Source: the human T2T-CHM13v2.0 reference genome, Homo sapiens
Strand: one strand, 5' to 3'
Assembly (NCBI RefSeq): GCF_009914755.1
Contig: NC_060930.1
Length of the DNA: 64,000 bases
Shown here: positions 1 through 14,694 of the stretch, piece after piece
Numbering within the stretch: the stretch's first letter is position 1
Layout: each line of letters starts with the position of its first letter
Made by a program: the position numbers and the translations under genes
Notes under the pieces: generated by a model
Seen by the model: the letters and a program-made list of their open reading frames with translations, nothing else
Database searches by the model: none
What the model was told of the DNA's origin: nothing

Positions 1-1
1 A

Positions 2-329
<328 letters not shown>

Positions 330-1346
330 CCTCATGTCCTTTCTATGAACCATCACATTTTTCTATGATGGGATATTCTGAGCAAATATGGCATTGTGGA
401 GAAGAGACTATTTATTATAAGCACTGCATTTGGCTTTGTCCTACAGAAAAGAAATGACCAGAAGAATATAATAATTAGGTCAGAATGTCTTGTGATCAAA
501 GTTGCATTATTGATACTTAGGACAACACCAAATCTTTGAACTAAGAAACTAGTTCATAGATTCAATGTCTATGACTAACTGTATTGCATCAACACCAATT
601 AGTCATCTAACTTACTTTATTAAATGGGTCAGAAATGAAATATAAACAAAAGAAACATTTTTTAACTGTAAAACACCATGAAAACCACAAGTCAGCCTGT
701 GATTCTCTTGGTAAACAAGGCAAAGACATTTTTTTCTTTTCTTTTTTAATATTTTGCCGGAGGGAATCCTAAGAGGTCATCTACTTCATTCTTTTTCTTT
801 CAAGCAAGACCCATTCTAGCTATCTCTAAATAATAGAGAAGTCTTATCATATCTTATTCTTTTTTTATTAATTTATTTAGCTAAAAAGTTTTGGAGCATC
901 TACTAAATGGCAGGCATGCTACTAGGATTGGAGCTAACAAGATAAAAAGAAAAGGAAAACATGATGTTTACCCATGAGGAAGTAGTTTAGTTAGGAAAGA
1001 CTGGCTTGGGTACTTAAATTCCTTAAGCAAAATGGGGAAAGCAAGAGGATGCATAAGTTTGAGGGAGAAGAAAACATGTGGGTTTAATGGTATTGGGCTT
1101 GAGGCGCCCATGGAGGGGCCAGTAGGCTATGTGGGCCTGGAGAAGTTCTGATCTAAAAATACAGATATAGGAGTCACTTTCAACAGGGTTCTTAAAGCTG
1201 TGAGGATAGGAAAACCACATAAGAAGCCCACCTAGAATGAAAACCAGTCTTAGCAAAGGTGCTTCTTAGAAACCCAATTCAGCATTGTTATTATTCTGAC
1301 AGTCCTGGTTACCTACCCATGTCTATCATCACTCTTTTAAGAATCA

Positions 1347-2046
<700 letters not shown>

Positions 2047-2372
2047 TCAGGCAAGTCCCTTGGTCCCTCTGCTTTGAGGTAAGCCCAGCCACTCAACAAG
2101 GAACAAGACTCAGGGAGGAGTGGCTCCCTAGAGAAGAACTGAAGAAGGGGAAAAAGATATTGGACAGGTAAAAACCAGAGTTACCCTTGATTCCTTGTAA
2201 GTGCAAGAAATACAAGAATTAAATACAAATACAATGAATAAAATACAGCCCTGTGAAGACAAAAGAGAAAGACAGGAAATAAGGCAAAGATAAAGTGATA
2301 AGTAGTCAGGGAAAAGTAGGTGTCAAGTATCAGAGTACCACCAAGGAAAGACACAGTTAAATGTCTGCCCAC

Positions 2373-2374
<2 letters not shown>

Positions 2375-2408
<34 letters not shown>

Positions 2409-3068
2409 CTTTAAGTTCTGGGGTACTTGTGTAGAACATGCAGGTTTATTACATAGGTATACACGTGCCATGGTGGTTTGCTGCACCCATCAACCTGTCA
2501 TCTACATTAGGTATTTCTGCTAATGCTATTCCTCCCCTAGTCCCCTACCCCTCAACAGGCCCTGGTGTGTGATGTTCCCCTCCCTGTCTCCATGTGTTCT
2601 CATTGTTCACCTCCCACTTACAAGTGAGAACATGCGGTGTCTGGTTTTCTGTTCCTGTGTTAGTTTGCTGAGAATGGCGATCATTAAAAAGTCAGGAAAC
2701 AACAGATGCTGGAGAGAATGTGGAGAAATAGGAATGCTTTTACACTGTTGGTGGGAGTGTAAATAATAGTTCAACCATTGTGGAAGACAGTGTGGCAATT
2801 CCTCAAGGATCTAGAACCAGAAATACCATTTGACCCAGCAATCCCATTACTGAGTATATACCCAAAGGATTATAAATCATTCTACTATAAAGATACATGC
2901 ACATGTATGTTTATTGCAGCACTGTTCACAATAGCAAAGACTTGGAACCAACCCAAATGCCCATCAATGATAGACTGGATAAAGAAAATGTGGCACATAT
3001 ACAACATGGAGTACTATGCAGCCATAAAAAAGGATGAGTTCATGGCCTTTTTAGGGACATGGATGAAG
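2375..3068 (-). mobile_element. 5'-truncated L1PA (about PA7/8) with twin-priming 5' inversion
   Basis: (TTA)n tail and L1 3'UTR on the minus strand to about 2676, then the ORF2 C-terminus on the plus strand ([24 protein letters not shown]...); TSD ctgcccactt at 2365-2374 and 3069-3078. Confidence 0.95.
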
Positions 3069-3191
3069 CTGCCCACTTCTTTCGTGTTTTGCAATAGTTC
3101 TGAGGAAACAGAGAGCCCCTCTCATTTGTCTAATTTACTATTCTTGATATCCTTGGAGGCCATTGTTTGGTAAGAGTTGTGGAGTTTATTC

Positions 3192-3500
3192 TGTAAGGGA
3201 GAAAACTTATTTTCTTTCCCTTTTTAGGTTCTTAGTTGAAACATTGTCCGGAAAACAAAAGTCAGATTAACAAAAGTAAAACAAACAGAAGTTTGTTAAT
3301 GTGCGCTGTACCCATCACACAGAAGAGGCCTCAGTTCAAAAAAGCACTTCTCTCTCAAGGTAGTGGCTTAGAGGCCTTGCTTAAATAGTATTTTAACAAA
3401 GAGCCATAAATCTTGTATAGTGATAAAACAAAGAAGAGAGTATCTTCAGGTTTCCAAAAGGTGGGGAAATGTGGGAAGGTAAATTTATGGGAAGAGATAG
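3192..3500 (-). mobile_element. ERV1-class LTR fragment (MER34/MER39-related)
   Basis: Begins tgtaagggagaaaa (reverse complement of an LTR ...ttaca end); cagattaacaaaag segment resembles the LTR at 60.5 kb. Confidence 0.55.
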
Positions 3501-4369
3501 ATCCTAGATCTCTAATGCCACTGTCTCTGAGCTGATAAAGGCAGAGAGGAGAGGCAGAGTGTACCCCTGCATTTAACCTTTTAACTAAAATCCTCAGTAT
3601 TTTAGAGAGGAATATTTTGTTTTCCTTCCATTCCAAAGGCCAAAAAATCCCAATTGCTTTAGTACAACTTCTAGGTTCATTTTTCATCATTTATAACATT
3701 TCTGGATACCATTGAGATTTGCCTGTAAATTCCTTAGGTCCTTAAATTTTATATTCTAAAGCTAGAATTATTGCTTTGGTAAAGGTCTGAATAACAATAA
3801 CAATAAAATCATTATTCTAATTCCACACTTGAGCCTTATAAATATGCTTTTAACAGTAACTACAGTGCTGGATGGTGTGCTATTTCCAATCTGTTCTCCT
3901 CTTAGGTTTTCTTCTAGCTTACCTTCACATCTCTGTTATGGAGGTTACGGAAGAAAAAATAAAAGAGGTGGTAAGGTCTCATGGTATCTAATAGATTGAC
4001 TTTGAACTGAATGTCCACTGTAACCAAATTGCTTCTGATTTGTCTATTTTGGTTTTTATGTTTTAGCCTAATAGCTACAAAAAAGTTTTAAAGTATCTAA
4101 ATTACTCAGTACATAAAGACAAAGATTATTGTTGCTATGCAAAAAGTACATAGGCCTGAGTTCAAAGCTCTAGGAAAATTAAAAAAGAACCCACGCTGTG
4201 ACTTACAATTTCAAATTGATTCGAAAATATAATTTGAAACTTTGGAACTTTGTCTTCCAGCCTATATTTGTTATTGTTTTAGATATTTGAGCTGAATTTG
4301 TCAATGGGGACACAACAACAGATTTAATCATTACAGTGTGGAGGAAGGTGTAGTGATATTCAAAGAACT

Positions 4370-4560
4370 TGAACCAGAAGTCAGAAGAAGTGGCTTTGAG
4401 ACCCAGTACTGCTGCCCTTGTGACTTTGGAGAACTTACTCAACCTCTCTGAAACTCAGTCTTTCCTTCTTTAAAATGGAGTCTATAACAATTATCCAGAA
4501 AATCAATAACATAACAGAAATGAAACCAGCTGGTACACTGTATTTGCTCATTCAATGATA
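4370..4560 (+). mobile_element. MIR SINE
   Basis: MIR core tgtgactttgg...ttactcaacctctctgaaactcagt...aaaatgg. Confidence 0.75.
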
Positions 4561-5431
4561 GTCTTTATGCTTTATCATGACATCATGTGAAATATAGGAA
4601 GATACAAATTACCTCCCTCAATAATTTATAATCCAGTAGAAAAAAACTATATGTGCACTCTAAGTGATATCTTACAGGAGTTTAGACAGAAGATTATCAG
4701 AAACAAGAAAAGTTGAGGAAGAGTGAATGTATAATGTGGAGGGTGATGTAGGCCTTGAAGACGAAAGGGTTTGCATTGTTAGAGTAGAGGAGGGAGCATC
4801 CTAGCCAAGTGAGTAAGTGTAGGGAAGGCAGAGGAGGTGCAGAGAGTTTAACAACATGTTTTTCCAGCACAAAAGCATGATTCTTCCTCAGAATCTTTAG
4901 CAAATAAATAAATAAGCAACAAAAATCATCTTTCCATTTACTTTGCATGTATCATGGCTCACCAAGTCATAATTCAGGGGGAACAAGCTAATTTTCTTAA
5001 AAGCTATCTTTTCCTTCCATCATTCAGAAGAAGTGGATTATCATAGAAAACACTCAGTACATTTCCTCTTTAAGTAAAGTGTGGGTGGGGAAATTTAGGT
5101 GGGCATCCTGTGCTATGGTTGCAGAGAAGTTTTATGAAGGCTACTTGAAACATGAGCATCCGGGAATACTTGAAACATAGGTATTATTTGGTCCAAACTT
5201 GCTGGTTTACAGCTTGAGAAAAATGGTACCCAGACACACTGAGTGACTTTTCCAAGGCCACAAGTCAGATACTTAGAGAGGTGAGGTGAAAAGCCAGGTC
5301 CTCAGGAAGACAGAATTCTAATCCGGAAATGGATTAATGTGTAGTCATTTGTTTATTCATTTATTCATTCAGACAATCTCTCCTAAGGGCTTGTTATATG
5401 CTAGACACTATCCTGATTACAAGAGATTACA

Positions 5432-5820
5432 TGTTATGAAAATAAAGACAACCCAAATGAGAACAAACAGAGGCTATTTATTCCATTTGTTATAGCTAGG
5501 AAGTCAGCCACTATCACATCTGGTAGATACTCAAAGGCAGGAAGAGGACTGGCAAATCTTTCTAGTGAAGAAGAAGCAAGGCTTCAGGTATGCTCTGATT
5601 AGAGGCTGTTGGCATGGGGGAGCCTCATGCTAGCATAAGGTGGGCTTTCTGGGAGTGGTGCATATATGTGATTGGTCTGGGGAGCATACCATTCTGTTCT
5701 GCTGACCACTCTAGGCCAGAGGTTATAGTTTGGCTTAGAGAAGTGATTGCTGCAGAGGTGGAAAGTCAGAGTTCTATTCTCATATGTGATCTGGCCATTG
5801 TCCATTTATATATTCAGTCC
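5432..5820. mobile_element. ERVL-class solo LTR (MER76-like), inserted in an L2 remnant
   Basis: tgtt start; agaggctatttattc...agtcagccactatcac and gattgg motifs typical of this LTR group; name uncertain. Confidence 0.5.
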
Positions 5821-6299
5821 CCTTGGTGGGGCACAAGAGATGCTGTGCCTCCACTAATGGAACTTACAGTCTCACGGTTTAATCACACCTTGGAAAATGC
5901 TAGAAAGGAAAAGTTAGTGGTTGCAGAATGGAATCTGGAGTCTAGTCTGGAAGTTTCCTTGAACAACTGATTCCAAGCTATCCCTAAATATTAACCTGAA
6001 GTTATTCGTAGCAAAGAGTAAAAATATCATTACTAAAAGTATTTGTGAGGTTTTACAAATAGACCTGTCAATAGATTTTTACAAAAGAGGTATTAATCCC
6101 TTTTTCCACCTCTGATCAGAATCAACCAATCAAATGTTTTATACTATTTTTTTGTCTCTCACACCATAGCAACAAAATCAGAAGGGATCTCATTGTGAGG
6201 GCCTATTATGTCTTAAAACAAAACAAAAAAGAACATAAAGGGCAGCATTTAACATGAAAATAGTATCCTGACCCTCCTTGGACTAAATGTTGTTAATCA

Positions 6300-6620
6300 A
6301 GTTTAAATTTAGCTCCCACGAAGTCTCAAAAGAAAAGGAGACAGCCAGGTCCAGCGAGGAAAAACTTCCGAGTGCCTCTAAGGCAGGGAAAACAAGCCTC
6401 AAGTCAACAAAGGGCAGGCAGCCTGTAAAAACAAATGGTGCTGATGAGAAGGCTGGGGCCCCAGAAAGCTCATTAGCAATCAGATGCAGCCACGGAGCTG
6501 TCTCCTTCCAGTCTACCGGCCAATGACACCATAGAGCCTGTGACTCAGCGGCCCGACTGCCCGGCTGCACTCCTGAGACATCCCCGCCTGCTCAGGCGAC
6601 TCCCAAGACCCTGAGAGACC
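6300..6620. promoter_or_regulatory. Candidate enhancer with AP-1 site
   Basis: Non-repetitive, locally GC/CpG-rich; TGACTCA at 6541-6547 next to retained CpGs and a GC-box-like ccccgcc. Confidence 0.4.
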
Positions 6621-7477
6621 TGGATACTGAAGGGGAGGAGGCAGGAAGCCAGGAAACACCACAGATGAAGTGAAGAAAAGCAAAGCTATTGTCCTTATCT
6701 ACCCACTGATAACCAATAGTGAGGGATGGGGAGAGGCAGCTGCTAGGTGGGATTCTGGAGACAACATGACTTCAACTGAGGGGCAGAGCGTGGCGGCTGC
6801 ACTTTTGTTTCCAGCTTTATGAATCCCAGTGCTGTTCCCAGTCTTTGGAAATTGAAGGACCTCTTAATATCACTCGTTTTGCGGCCTTTTACATGAATGA
6901 AAACAAATCTTATGATATGTTGCTTTTCAAAAACGGCTATTTTGAATCTGGTTGACACTTTCAGTGAATTCGCTTTTTCTTTTCATAACTGCAGCTGCAT
7001 GCGTGGGAAAACAGTAGGCATATGTAGTTGGAAGATAGTAGCACAGCCCTTTCTCATCTCTGTCCCATCCCTGCAGGCTTCCAGGTGAGAAGTACGGGGC
7101 TTCACAATTGAGAATCAGAGTGAAAAGGAGAAACTGGCCTTTATTGATTATCGACTATTATCAGTCATTCTTGGATAAGAAAGGTATTGTTTGTTTTCTC
7201 TCTTATAAAATACAAAACAGTTAACTTGAGAAATTAAGATACCTGCCTTGGGTCATATTATTGGTAATTTTGAAACTTTCAAAAATCACAGCACTTTCCA
7301 CCTTTCCAAATTCCTACTTAAATCAATTCAACTTCATTGGGGGTATATTAGGGACTGGCTGACTACCTCTCATGCATATTTGTGAGGGAGTCTTGCACTT
7401 TGCCCCTGGTGAGACTTTTGGTTCTTTATGTCCTAGATGCTATTGGTGGGATGCAGAAGTGATGACTGATTGAAAAG

Positions 7478-7814
7478 TGTTAAACAGACTAATCAAGTGA
7501 TTCTTAGGCTAAGATGGCTCTAGGGCCTTAGATTCCTACATATGCAAAGTGAGACAACTCAATGTAAATAGCAAAATGAAACTTACACTTTACCAGTCAG
7601 AAACTACCAGCTAATTCTAACTAAAGATTTTCTACTTTAGCCAATCAAATATTTTCTTTGTCTTTCTTCTGAGGACATCTTACAACCGTTTTTACATTGC
7701 ACCCTGTCAGTGAAACCCAAACCATTTGTGGTTTAATGCTGCCCAATTCATGAACTGCTGTCTGTTCAAGTTAACTCTTTAAAATTTTAATGTACCGAAG
7801 TTTATCTTTTAACA
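7478..7814 (+). mobile_element. ERV1-class solo LTR (family uncertain)
   Basis: TGTTAAA...TTTAACA termini, internal CCAAT box and an LTR-type U5 end (aactctttaaaattttaatgt...tttatcttttaaca). Confidence 0.65.
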
Positions 7815-9009
7815 AAGGGGATAGGGCTTCTGGGAGATAAAAGATTCAGGATATTTATTTGAATGGTATAGATTATAGGACCTTTGACTAAAAAGGCACA
7901 TTAAATGGTAAAACCCTAAAGGGTTTGACATATAACCTATAACATCAAAAATATCTTTTATAGAACAAAGAATGAAGAATCAACATTTGAGCCATTATCA
8001 CAACCATTTTCTATCAGTTTCTGAGGACTATTCAGTCTTTTCACCCAGAACACTAGTTTTCAAATGTGTTCAAATTCCTTCAGACCCTTCAGGGATCCAC
8101 CTGGAAAGCAATGGCCAATCCAAAAGCCCCAGTTGAGGACTGAGGCCCTACTTTCACCAAAGGTGCTTCATGTCATCTGTTTCACATGATGGACTATTTT
8201 GAAAGATTTAATTTGAAAGCCACTGTATGAAATAAATTTAGTGCTTGGCAGGTGATAGGTCCTTAATACATATTTATTGGCCAAGGGTAGATTACTTGAA
8301 CCACAAATGCCTCTTCTGGACTAGTTATTTTTGATTCTTAGTTAAAATAACAAATGAAATAGTATTAAAAACATTAATATGTTTTTATAAAAGATGAAAC
8401 CATGACACTATTAAGTTGGTTCAGGCTAGAAGAATAAGGATACCAGACTACCATTGCCTCACATACACCTCGGGTTAAGGGGATCTTTTGGGAGCCAGAA
8501 GAAGCATATGAGTTGTCATTCTATCCAAAATACTTAACTCACACTTTCAACTTTGGATTATTAGACCCTTGGATTGCTTTTTTCAATTTAAAACCAATGA
8601 TCCTTGAAGTCCTTTCTATTCTGAGACAGAACAGGGGTATCGTAAAACATCTGGAAAGCCATCTTTACTATGTAATCATTCTCCAGGGGCCTCAAATCCA
8701 CACATGGCAGCAGAAGTAACTTGCTCAGTCTATTTAGTTGACCCTGAGATGATGAGATACAGGACAAGTAAGATGCCTTTGTGGGGGAATATGGTGCTGA
8801 TGAGCAAAGAATGCTGAGGTGGGCGCATTTTCCTCATCCAGGAAAGGATAACAATAGCTGTCATCTATTGAACTGTTACTAAGAACCAAAAACTATGTGA
8901 TGCATCCCTATAAAGTAGTTACATGTATTCTAACTGTTGTACAAGAGACTGTGCTTGCTTAAAATGCTCCCATGGCCCTACATTCTAATTAGAACAGAAT
9001 TGATGCACT

Positions 9010-9470
9010 TTATCAAGGTACTAAAGCTCTGGGTAATCTGGCTCATCCTCATCTCTGACCTGATCTTTCTCCTCCACTCTCCCATTTGCCAGTCCTGCTC
9101 CAGCTTTATTGGTCTTCTTCCTGTCCCTTGGCTCATAAAGCTTATTTTGGGCTTGCTGTCCTCTTGACCTTCCTTTAAATCTTTGCATAGCTAGCTCCTT
9201 CACATTATTTGAGTCTCTGCTCATCTGACCTAAGAGAGTTTGACTGTCCATCCAAAAGAGTAGCTTGCCCCTCCCTGCCCCCTGAATTATTCTCAATCTC
9301 ATTCTGTTTTATTTTTTAAATAAATAAATAATAATAAAATAGGTTAAAAAGTTACCTATTTTTTTCTCTGTATATGTTTGCCTCCTTCATATAAACTATA
9401 TAAGGGTTTGTTCAAGATGTTAGGTCCAGGGCCTTCATACATATTTGTTGAATGAATAAATGAATGATTG
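9010..9470 (+). mobile_element. L2 3' end
   Basis: L2 3' motifs ending atatttgttgaatgaataaatgaatga. Confidence 0.7.
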
Positions 9471-9676
9471 AATGGTAAGTAGTTTAAGTTAGATCACACA
9501 GTTACTGCACAGTTGAGCCAGGTCCTAAACCTAGGTTTGCCTGCCTCTGTTCTTGGGAAAGTAAACTCATAGAAGGGGAGTGCTAAGCGTATCAGAATTC
9601 AAGACAGGATGATGCCAAGTAGTAGAGCTTTTCCTATTGCATAGTTTGGCTTGGGCTAGGGCAGTCCAGTCTAAAA

Positions 9677-9862
9677 CTGTGTTTCTCAGAGGAAAAGACC
9701 CAGCTCACTTATATCAGAATCACTGGGAAAGCTATTAAAAGGCTTATTGGGCTCTGTCCCACACCTACTGAATTAGACTCTGGAGGTGCTTCCAGAGGGG
9801 CTGATATTGTAAACAAGGTCTCCAGAGGTTTCTGATGGAGTGTAATTTTGAGAACCACAGGC
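9677..9862. mobile_element. MER5A-type hAT-Charlie MITE
   Basis: atcagaatcactggg...ccacacctactgaattagactctgg...tttgagaaccac. Confidence 0.75.
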
Positions 9863-12789
9863 TTGAAAGAAATTTGCTCCTGACCACACAACATTTATTT
9901 AGATGTCTGAAGTTTCTTAAACATACATCACTCTCACATATTCGTTAATTTCCCCAGGGTAGGCACATATTTCTCAGGTCAACTCACTCTTTTGGAGCAG
10001 AGAAGAGACAATGCTGCCCTGGGTTAGGTATCACAACCCTTCATCTGTGGCACAGCCTCCTCCTTTTAAACCCTCCACCCTTTAGAATTTACAATCAGAG
10101 ATAAAAGTGTTTACCTCTTGTTCTGCAGATCTGCATGGAACTTGGTCCTTTTAGGACTATGAATCTGGTTAATGAAAAAGTAATTTCAATTTAGAAGCTT
10201 CAAAAGCCTAGATGAACTTCTGGAAAATTATTATTCAAGATTTCTTTATTACACTTGAGAGCATGTAGGATCCCAATAAGCCAAATAAGAGACCTAGGCC
10301 ATTTTTATTCCTTGGTGTACCAAATAAGAAGTCTATACCTGTTATGAATAATGACTGTGTTTAAAATACCTAAAATGATGACCCTGAAGGTTTGCTTTGA
10401 TAAATTGATCTTCATATTCTTTTGCCTTAAACTTTCTTAGCTTTAGATGAGTTGCCTGCTTTAATTGGTTACTTCGAAGTCTAGTTTACAAACAGAAACT
10501 AAGCAACACCCATTCAGAGAATCATGGCTACCAAATGGAATGATCTGAATAATGGAGCTCTTTCTCTGACATCCAATGCTTAGACTGCAGTGTTGGAAAA
10601 TCTTATATCTGAATTTCTGTCAGTTGACATCAATAACTTTCACTTTTAATGGACTTGAGACATTACATTTTGCCTGACTTGAAACCAGTGGGAAAAAAGA
10701 AGTTTCACCTGAAACTTGGCCCAGATTTCTCCTTTGTGGTTTATAAATGATGAACACATGCCCAGATTGGGTTCATGTTTAGGACAAAATTCTGATGAGG
10801 AAATTTTTTGCTTATTTCAGGTTTCAAAAAAAAAGTTTACAGTTCTGAACAACACTCTATGTATTATAGATATGAGAATGCACTCCTGGTCATTTCAGTG
10901 AGTAGAAATATTTTAGATTAGAAAATCAGAGAGAAATCTGAGGTATCTCATGTAAATATACTTAGGTTTGCTTTAGGGATTATGCTAGTGACATTTTAAA
11001 GAAGCTCTTAAAAATCCAGTGCTCTAAAGTGTGCTCTGCTATTAACTATAGAGTTTTAATTTATTTCCTTGACTTATCAATTTTTGGAAGAGGTGACTTT
11101 ATGTCTTTGTCATGTCCCAGCCCAGATACCTTTCCATGATTTTCTTCTAGTGATGTAGGACCAGCTCTTTATTCATTTATTTTACCTTTAAGCTCTGTGT
11201 GACTTGAAGGACCAGCTCTTTAAATGATGCATCATTTGGCTATTTTGGATTGTACGTACAGAAAACACAACCTAAGTCAATTTAAAAAATAAAATAGCTT
11301 CATTTCTCAGACATTGTCTCAGCTCGGCCCTGCTTCTTGTATCAGCTTAGTTCTCACACCAGCTTTCCTCATGATCACAACATAAAGAGTCTCTTGGGCT
11401 ATGTGCTCCCTCACTCAAGTCCAGAGACAATAAACTTGTCTTTTTATTTTTAAGACATTTCAGTTGGGATTTCTATTACTCACCATTGCAAATAACCTAA
11501 ATGATAAAAATGGGAAAAGTATGCAAGAGGGTGGCCAGATCTTTTTAGAAATAGAATTTTTATTTCTCTGCTATAGTGAATTGAAATAACTCTTAAGTAG
11601 CCCTTTTACCTTTTCTTCTTCCACCTTCTCATTATTTTCACGTGTATTTCTCCATGCCTCCTTGCTTTAAAACTAGGGGAAGCTGATGGCAAAAGGATGA
11701 GGAATGTCACCTAAGACTAACTGTACATTGCAGACCAGGTATGCTGGTAATGATAGATGATTGATTTCCAGATTTCTCTGCATTAGGCCTTCTCTGTCAA
11801 GTCTTTGATTTTGTGCCAAAGAATGATGAATATCCTGTCATCATTGCAATATCTTGAAGACAAGACCAATAATGACATTTATTATTGCTGTTGCTACTAT
11901 TATTATGGTAGCAACTAAAATGTCAGTGATCCATCCCACGCTGTGTAGCTCAACATTGGAGAATTTAGGATTTAGGGTAATCACAGTAGACTTAGACTTT
12001 GAAATTGATAATGAATTTTTTAAGTTAATTATCATTATTTGATCTAAAAAGAGAAAGAGAGAGAGAGAAAAGAGAGATTGAGAAATTCCAACCATCTGGC
12101 ATTTTTAGGTAAAAGATTAAATGGTTGGAAAACCTGGGTTCTAGGAGTTGAGCTGCCATGCACTGGATGTGGATCTTGGTTAAATCACTTAACATCCTTG
12201 GATTTCACCTAAACTGAGAAAGTGAGATCATTAGACCATTGCTAAGAGCTCTTTGTTGGTTCTAGCGTTAGTATTACCTCTTTCAGGCAAGGACAGGTAG
12301 ATCCCAGGCACAAACTGGCCACTATTCACAAGTTAACCCAGTGAGGGGGATTCTTCAAGACCTAATTTCTCATTTCTAAATTCTTCACTCATTCTATAAA
12401 CCTTAAAATATGAGAGCTGCCTGAGCTATAAAAATCACTGAGGCCAGTGGTTATTACCCCTTTTTATAGACTCCTTGACATTTTTATGAAAATTATTGGC
12501 ATTCTTTTCTGAAAAATACACATGCAGAAAATTTTGCATATAAATTAAGGATTCACAGAGTTACTGAGGCACAGCCATGGGCCTATGTAGACATGAGTTA
12601 AATATTCCTGATGTTGCTTGACCCCATTGCTTTGTTACCAACAAAACTAATAACTAGAAAAGTAAAATATCTCAACCAAAGTCACATAACAAATTAGTGA
12701 GAAGACACCAATGGCTTGTGCAACAGCCATCCCATGCCCAATCATCTGTTCCTTGTGGGAAATGGCTCCTGCCATTCTCAGGAAATGTA

Positions 12790-13200
12790 GCTTCTTCCCT
12801 TCCCCAAGAAGAAATGTTGTTTAACTTAAATTCTCAATCATGAGAATTCATTCACTTGGAAAGCAAACCTAGTCCATGACACATAAGCAGATACCTTCTA
12901 GGGTATTTTCTGGAAAAGGTTTCTCTCCTATATTTAAACAAGGAAGAGAAGCAACTTGCTATTCTGCTTTCACACATAGTCTTGTGAGGGTGTGGTATTT
13001 GGAACTGTAACAGCTACCATGAGGGTAGCTAAGATGTGCTCAGGGTCACAGAGGGCAAAGATGGAAAGAGTGTGGACTTTTGGTGACATCATGGAGGGAC
13101 TGAACCACCCCTGGACTGCTTGCTTTTCTCCATACTTCTTGTTGGGTAAAGTAATAAAGGTGTTCATTGTTTAAGGCAGTACTTTTCAGTCTTTTTCACA
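12790..13200 (+). mobile_element. Old MaLR LTR (MLT1I/J/K-like)
   Basis: gggcaaagatggaaagag...ggtgacatcatggag...cttcttgttgggtaaagtaataaa pattern. Confidence 0.6.
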
Positions 13201-13544
13201 TTGTGATGTATGTAGAAATGATCATACTTGTAAAGCACACTAGCATAATTGGAGGAGGCAGAGGACTCAGGAACTTCAAATTTCACTCCACTGTCCTGAG
13301 GGCTGAGAGGAATCGGCCCCTTATACAACAGTATCTTAGCATAGCCCCTGCCAGCACTCCAGTGTGCCAGGCACTATCGGCTATGGGGATTATCTGATTC
13401 TATAGGGGTGTGTCCCTTTGTCTGTCTTTGACTAGCCTTTTACAACTCTGTAGAGAGACAAGTTAACTTGTACAAAACTGCAAATGTTTCCTGCCCATAG
13501 CTATCCAAGTGATCTTGTTTAAGGCAATGCAAATGGATTTTCTG

Positions 13545-13945
13545 CATATTAATCAGCTTGAGTTTCCATAAAGACATACCATAAACTAGGTGGCTTTAAC
13601 AACAGAAATTAATTTTCTCACAATTCTAGAACTAGAAGTCTGAGATTAGGGTGCCAGCACACTCGGGTTCTGATGAGGAGTCTCTTTCTGGCTTGTAGAC
13701 AGCCACCTTCTCGCTGTGGTTTCACATGCTAGAGAGACAGAGAGAGACATCTCTAATGTCTCTTCCTTTCTATAAGGACACCGATTCTATCAAATCAGGG
13801 CTCTACCCTTATGACCTCATTTAACCTTAATCACCTCCTTAAATCACTGTCCTATCTCCATTACAATTTCATGGGGGTGGGGGTCGGGGTAGTGCTTCAA
13901 AAAATTAATTTGAGGGAAAGGAGAGGACACAGTTCAGTCCATAGC
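13545..13945 (-). mobile_element. MaLR solo LTR (MLT1A/B-like)
   Basis: aacaacagaaatt...ctcacaattctagaactagaagtctgagatt...gacacagttcagtccatagca. Confidence 0.8.
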
Positions 13946-14530
13946 ATTCAGATAGACAATGTAACATTTTATCTCTGTATACCATTTAAATTATTTGTAA
14001 CATCTTACTCATTCCTTCATTAATGAATAAATAAAATTTTTGACGTATGCTTGTCTTACATATATGTGTGTTATAATTTTATTTTTTTGTAATTTATTTT
14101 TTAACGAAAAGATCAGACTCTATTCTTAGATGGCAATTCCTAAGGTTACTGAAAAGAGAGGGACATTTTAAGATCCCATTATTTCCCAATTCATTTGAGT
14201 CACTTTCCTTGGTTGAGGAGACTGACCCTTGTTTTTTTCTATATCTTATGGATCAATTGTTAATTTAAAAGAAGCTGGATTGAAAACACTGAGTTGTAGA
14301 AATCCTTAGTCCTGGACCCAGGTGGATTTCTACAAGTTATAAAACTCAGTAAAGCCATGTAACCTCTTGGCCTCACAGTTCCTCCATCAACGTAATGAAG
14401 AGATTGGAATAAATGTTCTGTAATATGCTTTCAAATTTTAGAATGTGTTGATTCCATGATTTGTGCTTATAAAGGGTGGTAACTGTAGAGGTAAAACTTT
14501 CTCACTGTCTAGAAGAAAACTATTTAAAAA

Positions 14531-14694
14531 TTTTTTAGAGATATGGTCTTGCTATGTTGCCCAAGCTGGAATGCAATCACTATTCACAGGTGCGATCACG
14601 GTGCACTGTAGCCTCAAATTCATGGCCTCAAGTGATTCTCTCTCCTAAGCCTCCCAAGTAGCTGAGAATACAGGAGCATGCCAGCATGCCCAGA
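14531..14694 (-). mobile_element. FAM / fossil Alu monomer (7SL-derived)
   Basis: Single Alu-like monomer retaining the 7SL segment ctattcacaggtgcgatc. Confidence 0.8.

Noticed and set aside
2778-3173. 131-aa ORF with clear protein homology
   Set aside because: It is the C-terminus of L1 ORF2p in a truncated, inverted insertion.
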